A stretch of DNA of 63,906 nucleotides, the filler included, from Globobulimina sp. (Eukaryota): assembly GCA_003354225.1 (NCBI GenBank). It is 56 parts of 56 records of this genome, joined end to end, with 100 filler letters (N's around TTAATTAATTAA, not from the genome) between each part and the next. Parts side by side here need not be neighbours in the genome. Positions count along the whole stretch, not along the records: positions 24,016 to 25,058 come from PIVH01025005.1; positions 25,159 to 26,201 come from PIVH01025006.1; positions 26,302 to 27,344 come from PIVH01025007.1; positions 27,445 to 28,487 come from PIVH01025008.1; positions 28,588 to 29,630 come from PIVH01025009.1; positions 29,731 to 30,773 come from PIVH01025010.1; positions 30,874 to 31,916 come from PIVH01025011.1; positions 32,017 to 33,059 come from PIVH01025012.1; 48 more parts are not named here. One strand, written 5' to 3'. A model generated the notes under the pieces. It was not told the origin of the DNA, did no database searches, and worked only from the letters and a program-made list of their open reading frames with translations. The stretch's first letter is position 1. The number at the start of each line of letters is the position of its first letter. Shown piece after piece: positions 24,017 to 35,150 of this stretch. A program made the position numbers and the translations under genes.

Positions 24017-24891
24017 AAAAATGAATGTCTCCGTCAGCTGGCTAAATTGTGTTTGAATAGTTTCTGGGGGAAATTTGGTTAACGCAACAACATGTCCAAA
24101 ATGGAGTATTATAATGACCCAGCAACATATTTTGAATTGGTGTGTGATCCATCTAATGAAATCTCAGCGATTCGAGTGATCAGTGATGACATGGTGGCCG
24201 TTACCTACAAAAAGTGTGACAAGTTTGTGGAATCCCTCCCTAATACAAGTGCTGTCCTTGCTGCTTTTGTAAGCGCACAAGCACGATTGAAGCTCTACTC
24301 ATACATCGAACAACTCCAAGATCGTGTTCTCTACTTTGACACAGGTGATAAGAAGTTTGAACTTGCTTTTTTTATACTTGAAAACTAGAGTTTTCTTCTT
24401 CAGATTCTGTTGTCTATGTTTCCCGGCCTTGTGATAACTTTGAACTGCCAACTGGTGATTTCCTCGGGGATTTGACTGATGAGCTTAGTGATTATGGTCC
24501 TGGATCATACATCTACGAATTTATCTCTGGTGGTCCCAAACAATATGGTAATAATTGTTTGGTTGCTATTGTTTGCATTATTATTAATGGGATTCTTACA
24601 GGAATGAAAATTTGGTCAACCAAAGAGCAGAAGTACAAATACATTGTGAAGATCAGGGGATTTACAATTAATTCCACAACAGCAAACATCCTCAATTACA
24701 AGAACTTGCGTCGTTTGGTTAAAACACTTATCAGATCTGGTGTCCGAGATGAACTTCGAGTTGTTATTCACAGAATAGAAAGAAATGCCGACCGAGAAGT
24801 TTTTTCCACTACTACAAGAAAAACATATAGAACCATTTATGATAAGAGGCGTCTTTTGAGAGATGGCAGTACTCTGCCTTATGGTTATTGA
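24017..24891 (+). mobile_element. Protein-primed DNA polymerase B (Polinton/Maverick-type), C-terminal part; introns 24345-24403 and 24548-24601; in-frame TAA at 24080
   Basis: AKLCLNSFWGKFG, AAFVSAQARLKLY, VLYFDT|DSVVY, G.FLGDLTDEL, EF.SGGPKQYG, KIRGF and YDKRR...TLPYGY. Confidence 0.93.
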
Positions 24892-25158
24892 TTTGTTGCT
24901 ATTGTGCCAGTATTGTTATTGTTTTTCCATTGTTCACTCTGTTTTTGAAAGTAAAGAAAAAAGCCAGAAGGCAATCCAATATCTTATAAATCAACATAAA
25001 CAGCCCACATTTGGGCTAACCCAAACAGCCCTTGTCAGGGCTATAAATAGTACCAGTTNNNNNNNNNNNNNNNNNNNNNNNNNNNNNNNNNNNNNNNNNN
25101 NNTTAATTAATTAANNNNNNNNNNNNNNNNNNNNNNNNNNNNNNNNNNNNNNNNNNNN

Positions 25159-25409
25159 GAAAATGTCAATATCCCAAAAAATAGCATATAAACAGATGAT
25201 GTAAATATTGCGCGACGTACTGGGCGTATGGCAAATCCTATGAAGGGCGTCAAAACTCCTATTATTTCATACTGGTAATTTACTCGCACCATTCTCCGCG
25301 AACAATCAACTTCTTCTGGCTTCAAGTAATATTGTTTCGCCCTAGAATTTTCAAGAAAATATGCTGTTCTATATTTTAAATATGCATGTTCTAAACTGAC
25401 GTGCTCCAT
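25159..25409 (-). CDS. Hypothetical membrane protein fragment
   Basis: Open frame with a hydrophobic segment at the contig edge. Confidence 0.4.
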
Positions 25410-25534
25410 TTGTCGAGTGTCCTAAACACGTCGGATTCACGCATTCCAGGGAAATGATCGCGTAGCCAACCCATTGCAATTGCCTATGACATATTGTGTA
25501 AGTAAGTTAAACGCACAAAAAAAACACTCAACCA

Positions 25535-26201
25535 TCATTGTTCCACCTTTAATGCTTCTCTATTATCATATTCCCAGAATCCTTTAACATCCGTTAATAT
25601 ATTAATCACTGTACTAAACATTTTAGAATTTATTAAATCTTTTTTAGTAATTTTTTCCGTATTCTTAGGATGTACCATATCAAATATTTCATTAAGTACA
25701 TCTTCCGCATTTACTGCATCAAGACCAAAAATACCCATTTTCTTTTGAACAGAACGAAATAACGTTTGCATTGTTAATGTCGTCAAATATCCGTTACCAT
25801 CCAAATCAAGAATGTCCCAAAAATAATCTAAAGATTGTATCAAATGTTTATGTTCAACGGCTAATACAAAATTTAAAAATTCTTTGTAATCCATTTCTTG
25901 ATCCCATGTTTTTTTGTATTGAAATATGCGTTGTATGCATAAATTTGATAATGAAGATTGGTTAAATTGCAACATTTCTTTTTGTGATAATGTACCATTA
26001 TGATCCGCATCCAGCGCTAAATACTTTTTGTAAACTCTTAAAGCAGTCTGCACAGAGAACCAGTTATTTTCCGCTGCAGCCGTATTGTTACTAAATCGAA
26101 ATTCATTAAATTCCCGAAATGTATCTGAACATATTATTTTTGTGACTTGTATCCGTTTTTTTGAATTCCGATTATTATTTAAAAACATAAATTTCCGCAC
26201 C
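25535..26201 (-). CDS. PPP2R3C: PP2A regulatory subunit B'' gamma, C-terminal fragment
   Basis: VRKFMF, NWFS..A.RVY..YL.LD.DHNG.LS, EMDYK.FL.FVLA.E, EDV.NEIFDMV.P and IL.D..GFW.YDNRE. Confidence 0.92.
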
Positions 26202-26316
26202 NNNNNNNNNNNNNNNNNNNNNNNNNNNNNNNNNNNNNNNNNNNNTTAATTAATTAANNNNNNNNNNNNNNNNNNNNNNNNNNNNNNNNNNNNNNNNNNN
26301 NTCTTATAAGAATTGC

Positions 26317-27174
26317 ATGGTTTGTTTGCAAGAAATGAGAAAATGCAATGTCGGCATACTGAATTCAAATAAAATTATTAATGACACAAAGGAAACATTT
26401 GTTGATATAGTTGGATTTGGAACAATTCAGTCATTGAATTATGAACGTTATCCATCATCAACGCCATATCGCGACATGTTACAAAAACAGGCAGAACGCT
26501 ATGATATTCCTGAAAAATCACAATTGTTGTACAGAATTGTTGAGCTTCAATCAATTTCTGCTTTTTGTAAATTTGGACAGGATACAATTGTACGCCATTT
26601 ATATGAGAGAGACTTTTTTTTGTTGGACAAAAGACATTTAATTATTTATGATAAAGCTAGTGATTTGTTTGCGGCAATGGGCGATAATGATTCATGTATT
26701 GCTAAAAGGACATGCGAGTACAAATTAGTAGCAATAAAGTGGTTTGATATATATTTTCAGAAATTAACTATAGTGCAATTTATGGCTATCAATGTAACGG
26801 AATTGACAATAGCCAGATTACTGCGATATATTGGACGTCAATTTATTGTTACTACAGCATATCAGGCCAAATGGCATAAATCAGTCATGTCATATTTGCA
26901 GGAAATGAGGCAACACTCAGCAAATGAAACAACTTTGATAGTGCATAAAGAAGCAGTTGTCGAGGATTCAATTGCAGGCTTTTCAAATGCTACAATTCAA
27001 GCAACTCAAAATGGAGATTTATCATCAAGACGCAAACAAAGATTGATTCTTGTCTTCCAATTAAATCCCAATCATACATTGTTTGCTAAATCAAGATTTG
27101 CCACAATTGGCGAAAAACATAGGTTGCTTTGTGATGATTTGTCAGCAATTTGTTTATTTACTGATTTGTTTTGA
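26317..27174 (+). CDS. Hypothetical protein, weak resemblance to USP7 C-terminal UBL region
   Basis: Long ORF; LVAIKWFD..QKLT resembles the USP7 L.FLKYYD..Q.L motif. Confidence 0.4.
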   Translation: MVCLQEMRKCNVGILNSNKIINDTKETFVDIVGFGTIQSLNYERYPSSTPYRDMLQKQAERYDIPEKSQLLYRIVELQSISAFCKFGQDTIVRHLYERDFFLLDKRHLIIYDKASDLFAAMGDNDSCIAKRTCEYKLVAIKWFDIYFQKLTIVQFMAINVTELTIARLLRYIGRQFIVTTAYQAKWHKSVMSYLQEMRQHSANETTLIVHKEAVVEDSIAGFSNATIQATQNGDLSSRRKQRLILVFQLNPNHTLFAKSRFATIGEKHRLLCDDLSAICLFTDLF

Positions 27175-27713
27175 CACATACTGACCAAGAAGACGTGGAC
27201 GTAAATCAGACCCCAAACTCACAGTCTGCTATATTTTAATATTTAATCAGCTGCGTATTTCTAGCTACTTTAGAATACTACCTTTTGGAAACACCGCGTG
27301 TTTGAACAATTACAAATCCGATGGAGATTTACATGCAGTGCAAGNNNNNNNNNNNNNNNNNNNNNNNNNNNNNNNNNNNNNNNNNNNNTTAATTAATTAA
27401 NNNNNNNNNNNNNNNNNNNNNNNNNNNNNNNNNNNNNNNNNNNNTATAACGAAAGCATTGAACAAAGTGAAGAAAATCTCTGATTTATCATGAAGTCAGA
27501 CAGTAATTTTATACCAGTAGTGTTTTGTGTTTGTTGTCAATTTAGTCTACAATTTAACTGTACGACATTTAGCATCAAGATGGTAAATGTATTATTATTA
27601 TTGGTGCTGTCAAGTGACATGTTTTTTTATTTTGTGTCTTGCATGTGTGTGCTGGTATATCTATTTCTAGTATGTGTAGTATTTTTAGAAAATTTATCTA
27701 TCTTAAGACATTA

Positions 27714-27822
27714 TTTCAATTTCATACAATTTCATACAATTTCTGCAATTTCATACAATTTCATATAATTTCATGCAATTTCTTACAATTCCATGCAATT
27801 CCATTCAATTTCTTGCAACTTC
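27714..27822. repeat. 10-bp degenerate tandem repeat (CAATTTCATA-type)
   Basis: About 11 consecutive units overlapping the 3' end of the MATH gene. Confidence 0.85.
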
Positions 27823-28487
27823 TGTGAAACAGATTTAATTCCAGTACTCAATTCATTCATTTTTGCTGTAAGTGTAGTAATATTTGTTTCTTTTGATTGT
27901 ATGGATGCTGCGTTTGTAGTAATTTTATTTTCCATTGCATCCACTCGTAATGTTAAAGAATTCTGCCTCTGCTCCTTCGCTAATTTCACTTTTACCGTAT
28001 TTGTATCAACAGGTTTTCTTGAGATTTCTGCCTGTTTTTTCTCCTCATCATTATCCACAGTCTGCTTTATGAACCGATTCCAATATTTCTGTTTTATTTC
28101 ATTTCCACTGTTATTGTATATACGTAATATATCTATATTCACACGCAATGTAATTGCATTTGCATTACGTACACGTTTTTTAAAAGTATCAAATAATATT
28201 ATCCGACCTCCATCATTTCGTTGTCTCATATAAAAGAAAGCTGCCCCGTTTATCTTAATTTTTTTAACCTCGTCACATTCAGCACTCCATTTAACATATA
28301 CTTTGGATACATTTGGTGGCAATGCAATAAGTTGTAGATATATTTCAAAAGACGATGAATATGAGTCACGTGGTGCAATTTGCAAACACCACATATTATA
28401 ATAAAATGGGGACTCAAAGCGTTTTTCGGGTTTAATGGCATGAACCTTCATTTGTTGTAATAATTGTTTGTTTATATTCCATTCAAA
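27783..28487 (-). CDS. MATH/TRAF-like domain plus coiled coil, fragment
   Basis: FES.F...WCL.I.P....IYLQL..LP..V..V.V and LRV.IDILRI. Confidence 0.7.
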   Translation of the reverse strand, partial: FEWNINKQLLQQMKVHAIKPEKRFESPFYYNMWCLQIAPRDSYSSSFEIYLQLIALPPNVSKVYVKWSAECDEVKKIKINGAAFFYMRQRNDGGRIILFDTFKKRVRNANAITLRVNIDILRIYNNSGNEIKQKYWNRFIKQTVDNDEEKKQAEISRKPVDTNTVKVKLAKEQRQNSLTLRVDAMENKITTNAASIQSKETNITTLTAKMNELSTGIKSVSQKLQEIEWNCMEL

Positions 28488-28714
28488 NNNNNNNNNNNNN
28501 NNNNNNNNNNNNNNNNNNNNNNNNNNNNNNNTTAATTAATTAANNNNNNNNNNNNNNNNNNNNNNNNNNNNNNNNNNNNNNNNNNNNCAAAAAGATTATT
28601 TTAAGTGGTTACAGGCCAATGTTACCAACAAAAAAGAAAAAAAAACATCATTGCTGGGTATGTACTGCATTATTTATATTTTGTTAAATTGCAAGGTTTT
28701 TTTATTGGATTTGT

Positions 28715-29602
28715 ATGCGTTATGCAGAGAAAATGGGCATTGCCGGGATGTTTACATCAAAACAAAACTTATTAAAAACACTCAATAACAGTAATAACAG
28801 TGATAATGATGGAGATGAGAACCATTTTATTGATATTGATAATGCCTGGAAGAATATGGTTGCTGTCACTCCAAATTGTTCAGATAAATCCAAAACGCCC
28901 ACATCCAAGAAAAGTGCCACAATTCCTGCAGTCACACCATCTGTACATGTGACTGTAAGCAAATTTAATAAAAAGCTACAAAATATATCACAGAAACAGA
29001 TTGTTGCTGCAAATTCTCCACCAAAAAATACTGAAACTGCCGCCGTAACTAAGTCGCAACCAACTGTCCCGATATCATGTGGAGCACCACCTGAATCATT
29101 AAAAAATCGTGGTATAACATCTCAAAAATCGCAGAGGGCAAAGGTTGGAAAAATAGGCACTTCTCCACCGCAACAAATAGAAACACAAACAAATGAACCG
29201 CCGAAACCTAAAAAAAACAAATATTTACAAATGATTAAAACGAAAATACCGCCGATTTTAAATTTCGAAGCAAATCATCCACCAAAAAAGGCTCAAACAA
29301 CAACAGCAAACCAAGCACCGCCTGAATTACTAAAATATTTGAAAATGTTAAAAATGGGCCTCCCGGAAGTCGCGGTAAAGCATAAGATGCGAAAAGACAA
29401 AATCAACGTTGACCTATTAACGCAATATATGGAAAATGGGGGTTCTATCGACGTAAAACCCGCAAAATCTGTGGAAACGGATAAAAAAACACATGTACAA
29501 CCAAAAGAGCCACCGGCTGAGTTGATGAAATATTTACGAATGCTTAAGATGAAGATTCCAATGCATGTGGTTACCAATAAAATGAAACAGAATGGATCTT
29601 AA
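28715..29602 (+). CDS. Protein with two CCDC53/WASHC3-like C-terminal motifs
   Basis: KYLKMLKMGLPEVAVKHKMRKDKINVDLL and KYLRMLKMKIPMHVVTNKMKQNG. Confidence 0.75.
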   Translation: MRYAEKMGIAGMFTSKQNLLKTLNNSNNSDNDGDENHFIDIDNAWKNMVAVTPNCSDKSKTPTSKKSATIPAVTPSVHVTVSKFNKKLQNISQKQIVAANSPPKNTETAAVTKSQPTVPISCGAPPESLKNRGITSQKSQRAKVGKIGTSPPQQIETQTNEPPKPKKNKYLQMIKTKIPPILNFEANHPPKKAQTTTANQAPPELLKYLKMLKMGLPEVAVKHKMRKDKINVDLLTQYMENGGSIDVKPAKSVETDKKTHVQPKEPPAELMKYLRMLKMKIPMHVVTNKMKQNGS

Positions 29603-29758
29603 CTTTCACATCAAGTTTCTTGCCGAGTGTNNNNNNNNNNNNNNNNNNNNNNNNNNNNNNNNNNNNNNNNNNNNTTAATTAATTAANNNNNNNNNNNNNN
29701 NNNNNNNNNNNNNNNNNNNNNNNNNNNNNNATAACAAAACTTAAAAAAAGAAAAAGAT

Positions 29759-30712
29759 ATGAACAACAAAATTGTTATAGTAGATGATGAAGAACCTATT
29801 CTCAAATCATTAAAACGCTTATTCATGGATGAGGATTATGAAATATTTCGTAGGTTATGTTTATTAGCGAATAGATTGCTGAGTAAAGAGAATAAGATAT
29901 TTAATGATGAGCAGAAGGAGGAGGATGATGATGAGGATATGTGCGATGAGGAACTATTATTTCCATTCAGTTCATTATGCCAATTATTAGCAACATTTTC
30001 AAGTTTAAATCCCGTGCAATTTGCGCCAATTTTAAAAGCAAATATGTTTCAAAATATTGTAAATTCATTGCAAAATGCAGATAAATTAAATAGTGATGAT
30101 GTAGTCGCACGATTACAAACCATTAATTTTCTAATTTTGCATATTGATGTTGATGAGATGTATTTTTATAAAGTTTTAATTGATTTACTGCTGAATGAAT
30201 ATGAGCCGGTCTTAGTTTTAAATACAAAATGCATCGTTTATTATATTGCAAAATTAAATGATCAAAAAAAAGAGAAAAAATATTTATTATATTTACAAAA
30301 GACATTAAGCGATGATGATTTTCGACATTTCACGGAACATTATTTTGCAATTTCAAACGATTGCGATTGGAATGAGACTGAAAATGAGATTGAAACAAAA
30401 TTGTTGATAGATTTTGTAGTTTGTGTGATTCAAAATGGATTGGATGATTTTTTTTTCTCTTCGGATTTAAAAGTATTAATTGATATATTTGAAAGGACGT
30501 TGCATAATTTAAATATGGAAGCAAATGTCGTAAATTATTTGATTGAGGCTATTCATGTCTTATTCAATTGGAATAAATATAAAAATGAGTTAAATGGTTA
30601 TCATTATCAGGAACTATGCCTTGAAATACAATCCTGTATAGATCATGCGATTGAAAATCAATTATTTGAACTTGCTGCGCGCTTAGATCCTTTGTTGAGA
30701 ATTCCACAGTAA
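29759..30712 (+). CDS. SPIN90/Ldb17 (DUF2013)-like protein with a bacterial receiver-like N-terminus (probable chimera)
   Basis: FF.SDLKVLIDIFER.L.NL matches the SPIN90/Ldb17 motif; the first 30 aa (KIVIVDDEEPILKSLKRLFMDEDYEI) are the start of a receiver domain. Confidence 0.7.
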   Translation: MNNKIVIVDDEEPILKSLKRLFMDEDYEIFRRLCLLANRLLSKENKIFNDEQKEEDDDEDMCDEELLFPFSSLCQLLATFSSLNPVQFAPILKANMFQNIVNSLQNADKLNSDDVVARLQTINFLILHIDVDEMYFYKVLIDLLLNEYEPVLVLNTKCIVYYIAKLNDQKKEKKYLLYLQKTLSDDDFRHFTEHYFAISNDCDWNETENEIETKLLIDFVVCVIQNGLDDFFFSSDLKVLIDIFERTLHNLNMEANVVNYLIEAIHVLFNWNKYKNELNGYHYQELCLEIQSCIDHAIENQLFELAARLDPLLRIPQ

Positions 30713-30873
30713 ATATACAGTGACAGTTAACTGGTCATTGTATTCCTTTTTTTCTTTCAGTTCGTGGGGATGANNNNNNNNNNNNNNNNNNNNNNNNNNN
30801 NNNNNNNNNNNNNNNNNTTAATTAATTAANNNNNNNNNNNNNNNNNNNNNNNNNNNNNNNNNNNNNNNNNNNN

Positions 30874-31916
30874 ATCATATAATTTTATCCAATTTGCGAC
30901 AATATGATTACATATTATTTCATCATTATTATTTTCAATAGTTTTCTTTACAGATTTAACTCTAAATTCTGGTATAAAAAATGTTAATATCTTTCGTGTT
31001 GCAAATTTTATTTTCGATCCATTTTTCAATATTTTCAATTTATGATTTAAGTTTTTATTATTAAACACCAGAAACGCTCCATTTTCAACTATAATATCCT
31101 GATTATGTGAGGCAAGCAGCGAACCACAAACACCGCGCGTTTCTGTATTAATACTAAACACGTCATCTTGGATAAATTGTGACTTATCAAAATAATAAAT
31201 ACCAACACCTTCAACGGTCTCTTCCCGATATCCTTCACGATGCAAACCTCCATAAAATATCTGTTCTGGATATAATTGATAATCTTGTATGCCAACAATA
31301 ATCTCAATCTCTTGATTTCGCAGTTTAATATCACCCAAAATCCATTCAAATGATGGTATCATACATTCAAATATTTTGCAAATAACAGGATACAAATTAT
31401 TATATTTCATCCGCGGCAAATTATGTATCTCCGATTGTATGCTCACTTTCGACTCTTTGTCAATATGAAACGTCGACGGAATCCAAAATCTCTCACTGTT
31501 TAATAACGGATCGATTAAGTCTTGAATCCGTATCTTCCATTTTGAATATTCATCGTGATGATATTTCATTATCTCTCCATAATCATATTTAGATGTTTTT
31601 GATGCAATTCCATCCATATTTTGTGTCCTTTCGCTACCACATTTGCTACAATTTGCTTCTTGAGATGTATTTCGCCAAAAACATGCATCGCAAAACCATT
31701 CACCGCTATCACTTTGTTTGCTAGCAATCACTAAATCCTTTGTCGGATATCGATAATCCAAATTATTTCGTTGCAGTGCGTTAATACCATTTATAAGTTG
31801 CTTTTGTAGCGATTTATCGAATGTGTGATCATAACAAATCATCGCCATTCGTTTCTGTATTTTCTGAAGATTGGTAAACATATACTTCACAATGTCCCCG
31901 CTGCATTCCTCGCTGA
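30874..31916 (-). CDS. RanBP2-type zinc finger plus DUF4246-like (2OG-Fe(II) oxygenase fold) protein, fragment
   Basis: W.C..C...N.....C..CG finger; FWIPS.F, S.IHNL...Y..LY..I..IF..MIP.F, H.EG..E, GIYY, F.N...H and RKIL.FF. Confidence 0.75.
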
Positions 31917-32016
31917 NNNNNNNNNNNNNNNNNNNNNNNNNNNNNNNNNNNNNNNNNNNNTTAATTAATTAANNNNNNNNNNNNNNNNNNNNNNNNNNNN
32001 NNNNNNNNNNNNNNNN

Positions 32017-33059
32017 ATGAAATATAATAACATGTGGAATGACAATATGGTGGAGCCGAATAAATTATATTTTTTGCCGGATGGCTCTGTTTATCCTTAT
32101 TTGTGTGATCCGAAGAGCAGAATCTTTGGAATTGGGGGGTGTGCAGTGGTTATCTACCTTGGATTTGATATAATTGACACCATCACACTGCCCCTATCGA
32201 TACGTACGCATATAAACGTAATGGAATTCTATGTTATATTACATTCTCTCAAATGGATAAATGATCCGATAAATAAAGCAAAATACGTCGATAAGTCCGA
32301 TGGCATAGCAATAATAACAGACAGTCAAAACTGTCTAAACATCATAGCACAGAAACATTCCCCATCCGATGATGTAATAATTGGTTTATATATGATGTTA
32401 GACGCTGAGATCACAAAAATAATAAATTTTAATTATTGTACCAATTTTATACTATTTTATTGGGTACACAGCCATTCTGAATCGTGCATGAATGACATTG
32501 TTGATTTATTGGCAAAATGTGCGGCGGGAACGGTTAAAAAATGCTTTACAATGGAATTAAAACAAGATAATGACTGTAAACAGTCCCGTATCCAAACAAT
32601 AGAAGACAATGAGTCCGATACCGACTTATTTGCCACCAAAAACGATCATATTTTACACAATGATCCTAAAACATGGCTGAATCCTAATAACATGATCGCA
32701 TATAAAACAATCAAGTCCGAAATCCGTTATTTGGCGAACAAATTCGACGAACAAACATGGAATAAAAACAGATATGGATTACATTATAGCACATATACAT
32801 ATGGCTGGGGACGGCATTATTATGAATTGAAAGTAAAATGGAGTCCAAAAAAGTACGCCCAAGTCATTCCATATCTGTCTGCCATTGAAAACGATATAAG
32901 AGTCATGTGTATGGCCGATCAATTGCCATTAAATACATATATGGCATTTAAAGCCAATGACCATTCGTATGAACCTTATTGTACACAACATAGTGAATGC
33001 CACACACAGCAATATGACGAAACATTAATGCATTATTTCGTTGAATGCCAAGCTGAGCA
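32017..33059 (+). mobile_element. Non-LTR retrotransposon ORF2 fragment: RNase H plus start of C-terminal zinc knuckle
   Basis: RNase H residues in DGS, E in NVME, TDSQ, WV.SH...N..VD.LAK; terminal C..C....ETLMHYFVEC. Confidence 0.82.
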
Positions 33060-33159
33060 NNNNNNNNNNNNNNNNNNNNNNNNNNNNNNNNNNNNNNNNN
33101 NNNTTAATTAATTAANNNNNNNNNNNNNNNNNNNNNNNNNNNNNNNNNNNNNNNNNNNN

Positions 33160-34202
33160 TGATTTTAAAACCCATCGAGAGTGTATTTCACTGAAAAAAA
33201 GTGATAGGAACACAAATACCATTCGAGTGATGTCATATAATATCTTAGCACCTGATCCATGTGGAATTGATAAAGATCAATACGCAATGAGTGAAAAACA
33301 TAATTATTGTCCACGGAAATATAGATTGTGGACCTATCGATTGCCGCGTATTATGGCACAAGTCGCAGCATACAAACCAGATTTTGTTTGTTTACAGGAA
33401 ACGACTTCCCATTCATTTAGAAATTATTTATTAAAAGAATTCCATAGCTTAGGCTTTGAAGGATGGCATGAAAAGAGATCATTGTCAATTGTTAAAGCAA
33501 CAGAAGCTGTGTTTTGGAATAAAAATAAATTTGAATGTTTACGTAAAAAAGTTATACGATTTAATCAAGTTTGTGATGCATTTGATAATGCAAAATATCT
33601 CGGCATTAAAGATGAAAACAATGAGTTTTATAATATGTTAAAAAACAGAGGTGATATGATTATGGTTTTATATTTGCGAAATGTTTTGAATGGAAAAGAA
33701 TTTATATTATGTTCATCGCATTTATTTTATGACCCAAAATGGAGTGATATTAAACTGATACAATGCCTGTTATTAAATAAATCTTTGTATGCATTAATTG
33801 TATCGGAATGGAAATTAAATGTGAATGACATTGGTATTATATTTGGTGTTGATGCAAATTCATATTCTATTAAAACGAAAGCAGATATATTTGATAAAAA
33901 TATAAAAGGAAATAAAGGAATGAGATCCGGTGTTTATCAATTAATGACGCAAGGGATTGTAAGTAAAAAACACAATGATCATCCTTCAAAAAGAGTATTT
34001 TTAAGAAATGACGAAAATGAAAATAAATTAAAACAACAAATTAGATTTGTTCAACATATTAATGATTATAACTATAATGAGTATGGTAGAATGTTATGGA
34101 AATCTGCATATAATATTAATGGGAAAGAACCAATTTATTCAACAAAAACGGATGCATTTCGTGCAACAATTGATTATATTTTTTACAGTGGTAATGTTGA
34201 GA
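33160..34202 (+). CDS. CCR4/nocturnin/Angel-family EEP deadenylase, fragment
   Basis: VMSYNILA, W.YR, PDFVCLQE, SHLFYDP...D.KL.Q, D.NS, SAY..EP..T..F..TIDYIFYS. Confidence 0.92.
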
Positions 34203-34302
34203 NNNNNNNNNNNNNNNNNNNNNNNNNNNNNNNNNNNNNNNNNNNNTTAATTAATTAANNNNNNNNNNNNNNNNNNNNNNNNNNNNNNNNNNNNNNNNNN
34301 NN

Positions 34303-35150
34303 AAGCCAAAAAAATCAATAAATAATCTGCCCAAAATTGCGAAATGAACATAAATAATTAAACATGATTTAATTCCTTTATCTGTGCTTTCATCAATTTC
34401 TATTGTATGTACAGGCGATTTAATTATATCGTTAACAATTATCTCTCTCCGAACTGCTGAAATACATTCAATTATTTCCGTAAAATGATTTTGTGATTTA
34501 CAATAATCCAAAATTTTTGGATCATCCATTTTTTGTACAATGTCTTGCAATTTTTTGTATGATCCACTAACGTCTTTTAAAAATTGTTCAAATATTTGTA
34601 TTATTTGTTTATTTTTATATTCGTCATTCAATTTTAATTCTAATATTTTCTTTGAATATTTTAATGAAATGGCTGTTAATTGTTTCATTATTGTACCACT
34701 TACCATGGATTTAAATAATTTTATCATTTCATGAATAATACATGGCAATAACTCATATTTCAATGCTTTAAATTTGCGTATAGCGATTTGGTTATTTGCG
34801 ATAAAAAATGCAATGGCAATTAATGGTAGCATCTCATTTTTAAATTTTTCAGCTGATTTACTTTCTTTTTTTTCATCCATTTTCTTTGTATAATTATTCA
34901 ATTTTTGTACGTTATTTTCATTATTTAAATTTGCGTAAAATTGTTCAGCTTCTTTGTGGCCCGCTTTCTTTGTATGTGCTTTTAATTTAGTATATGAAGT
35001 AGAGTATGAATATAATGGTGTATCATTTCTTAATGATAATAAATTCCTGGCTGCACGGCATGATATACAATGTCCATAATCTTTCTCTACCTTCCACCAT
35101 TTAAATGTTGTGAATATTTCTTCTTTTTGGAGTATGCTTCCTTTTTTTGC
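34303..35150 (-). mobile_element. hAT-family transposase-like (ZNF862/DUF4371 type), N-terminal fragment
   Basis: IEIDESTD....L.IYV.F; the same frame upstream of the ORF-track start encodes FKWW..HCISC..LKAH.....H (TTF-type zinc finger). Confidence 0.75.
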
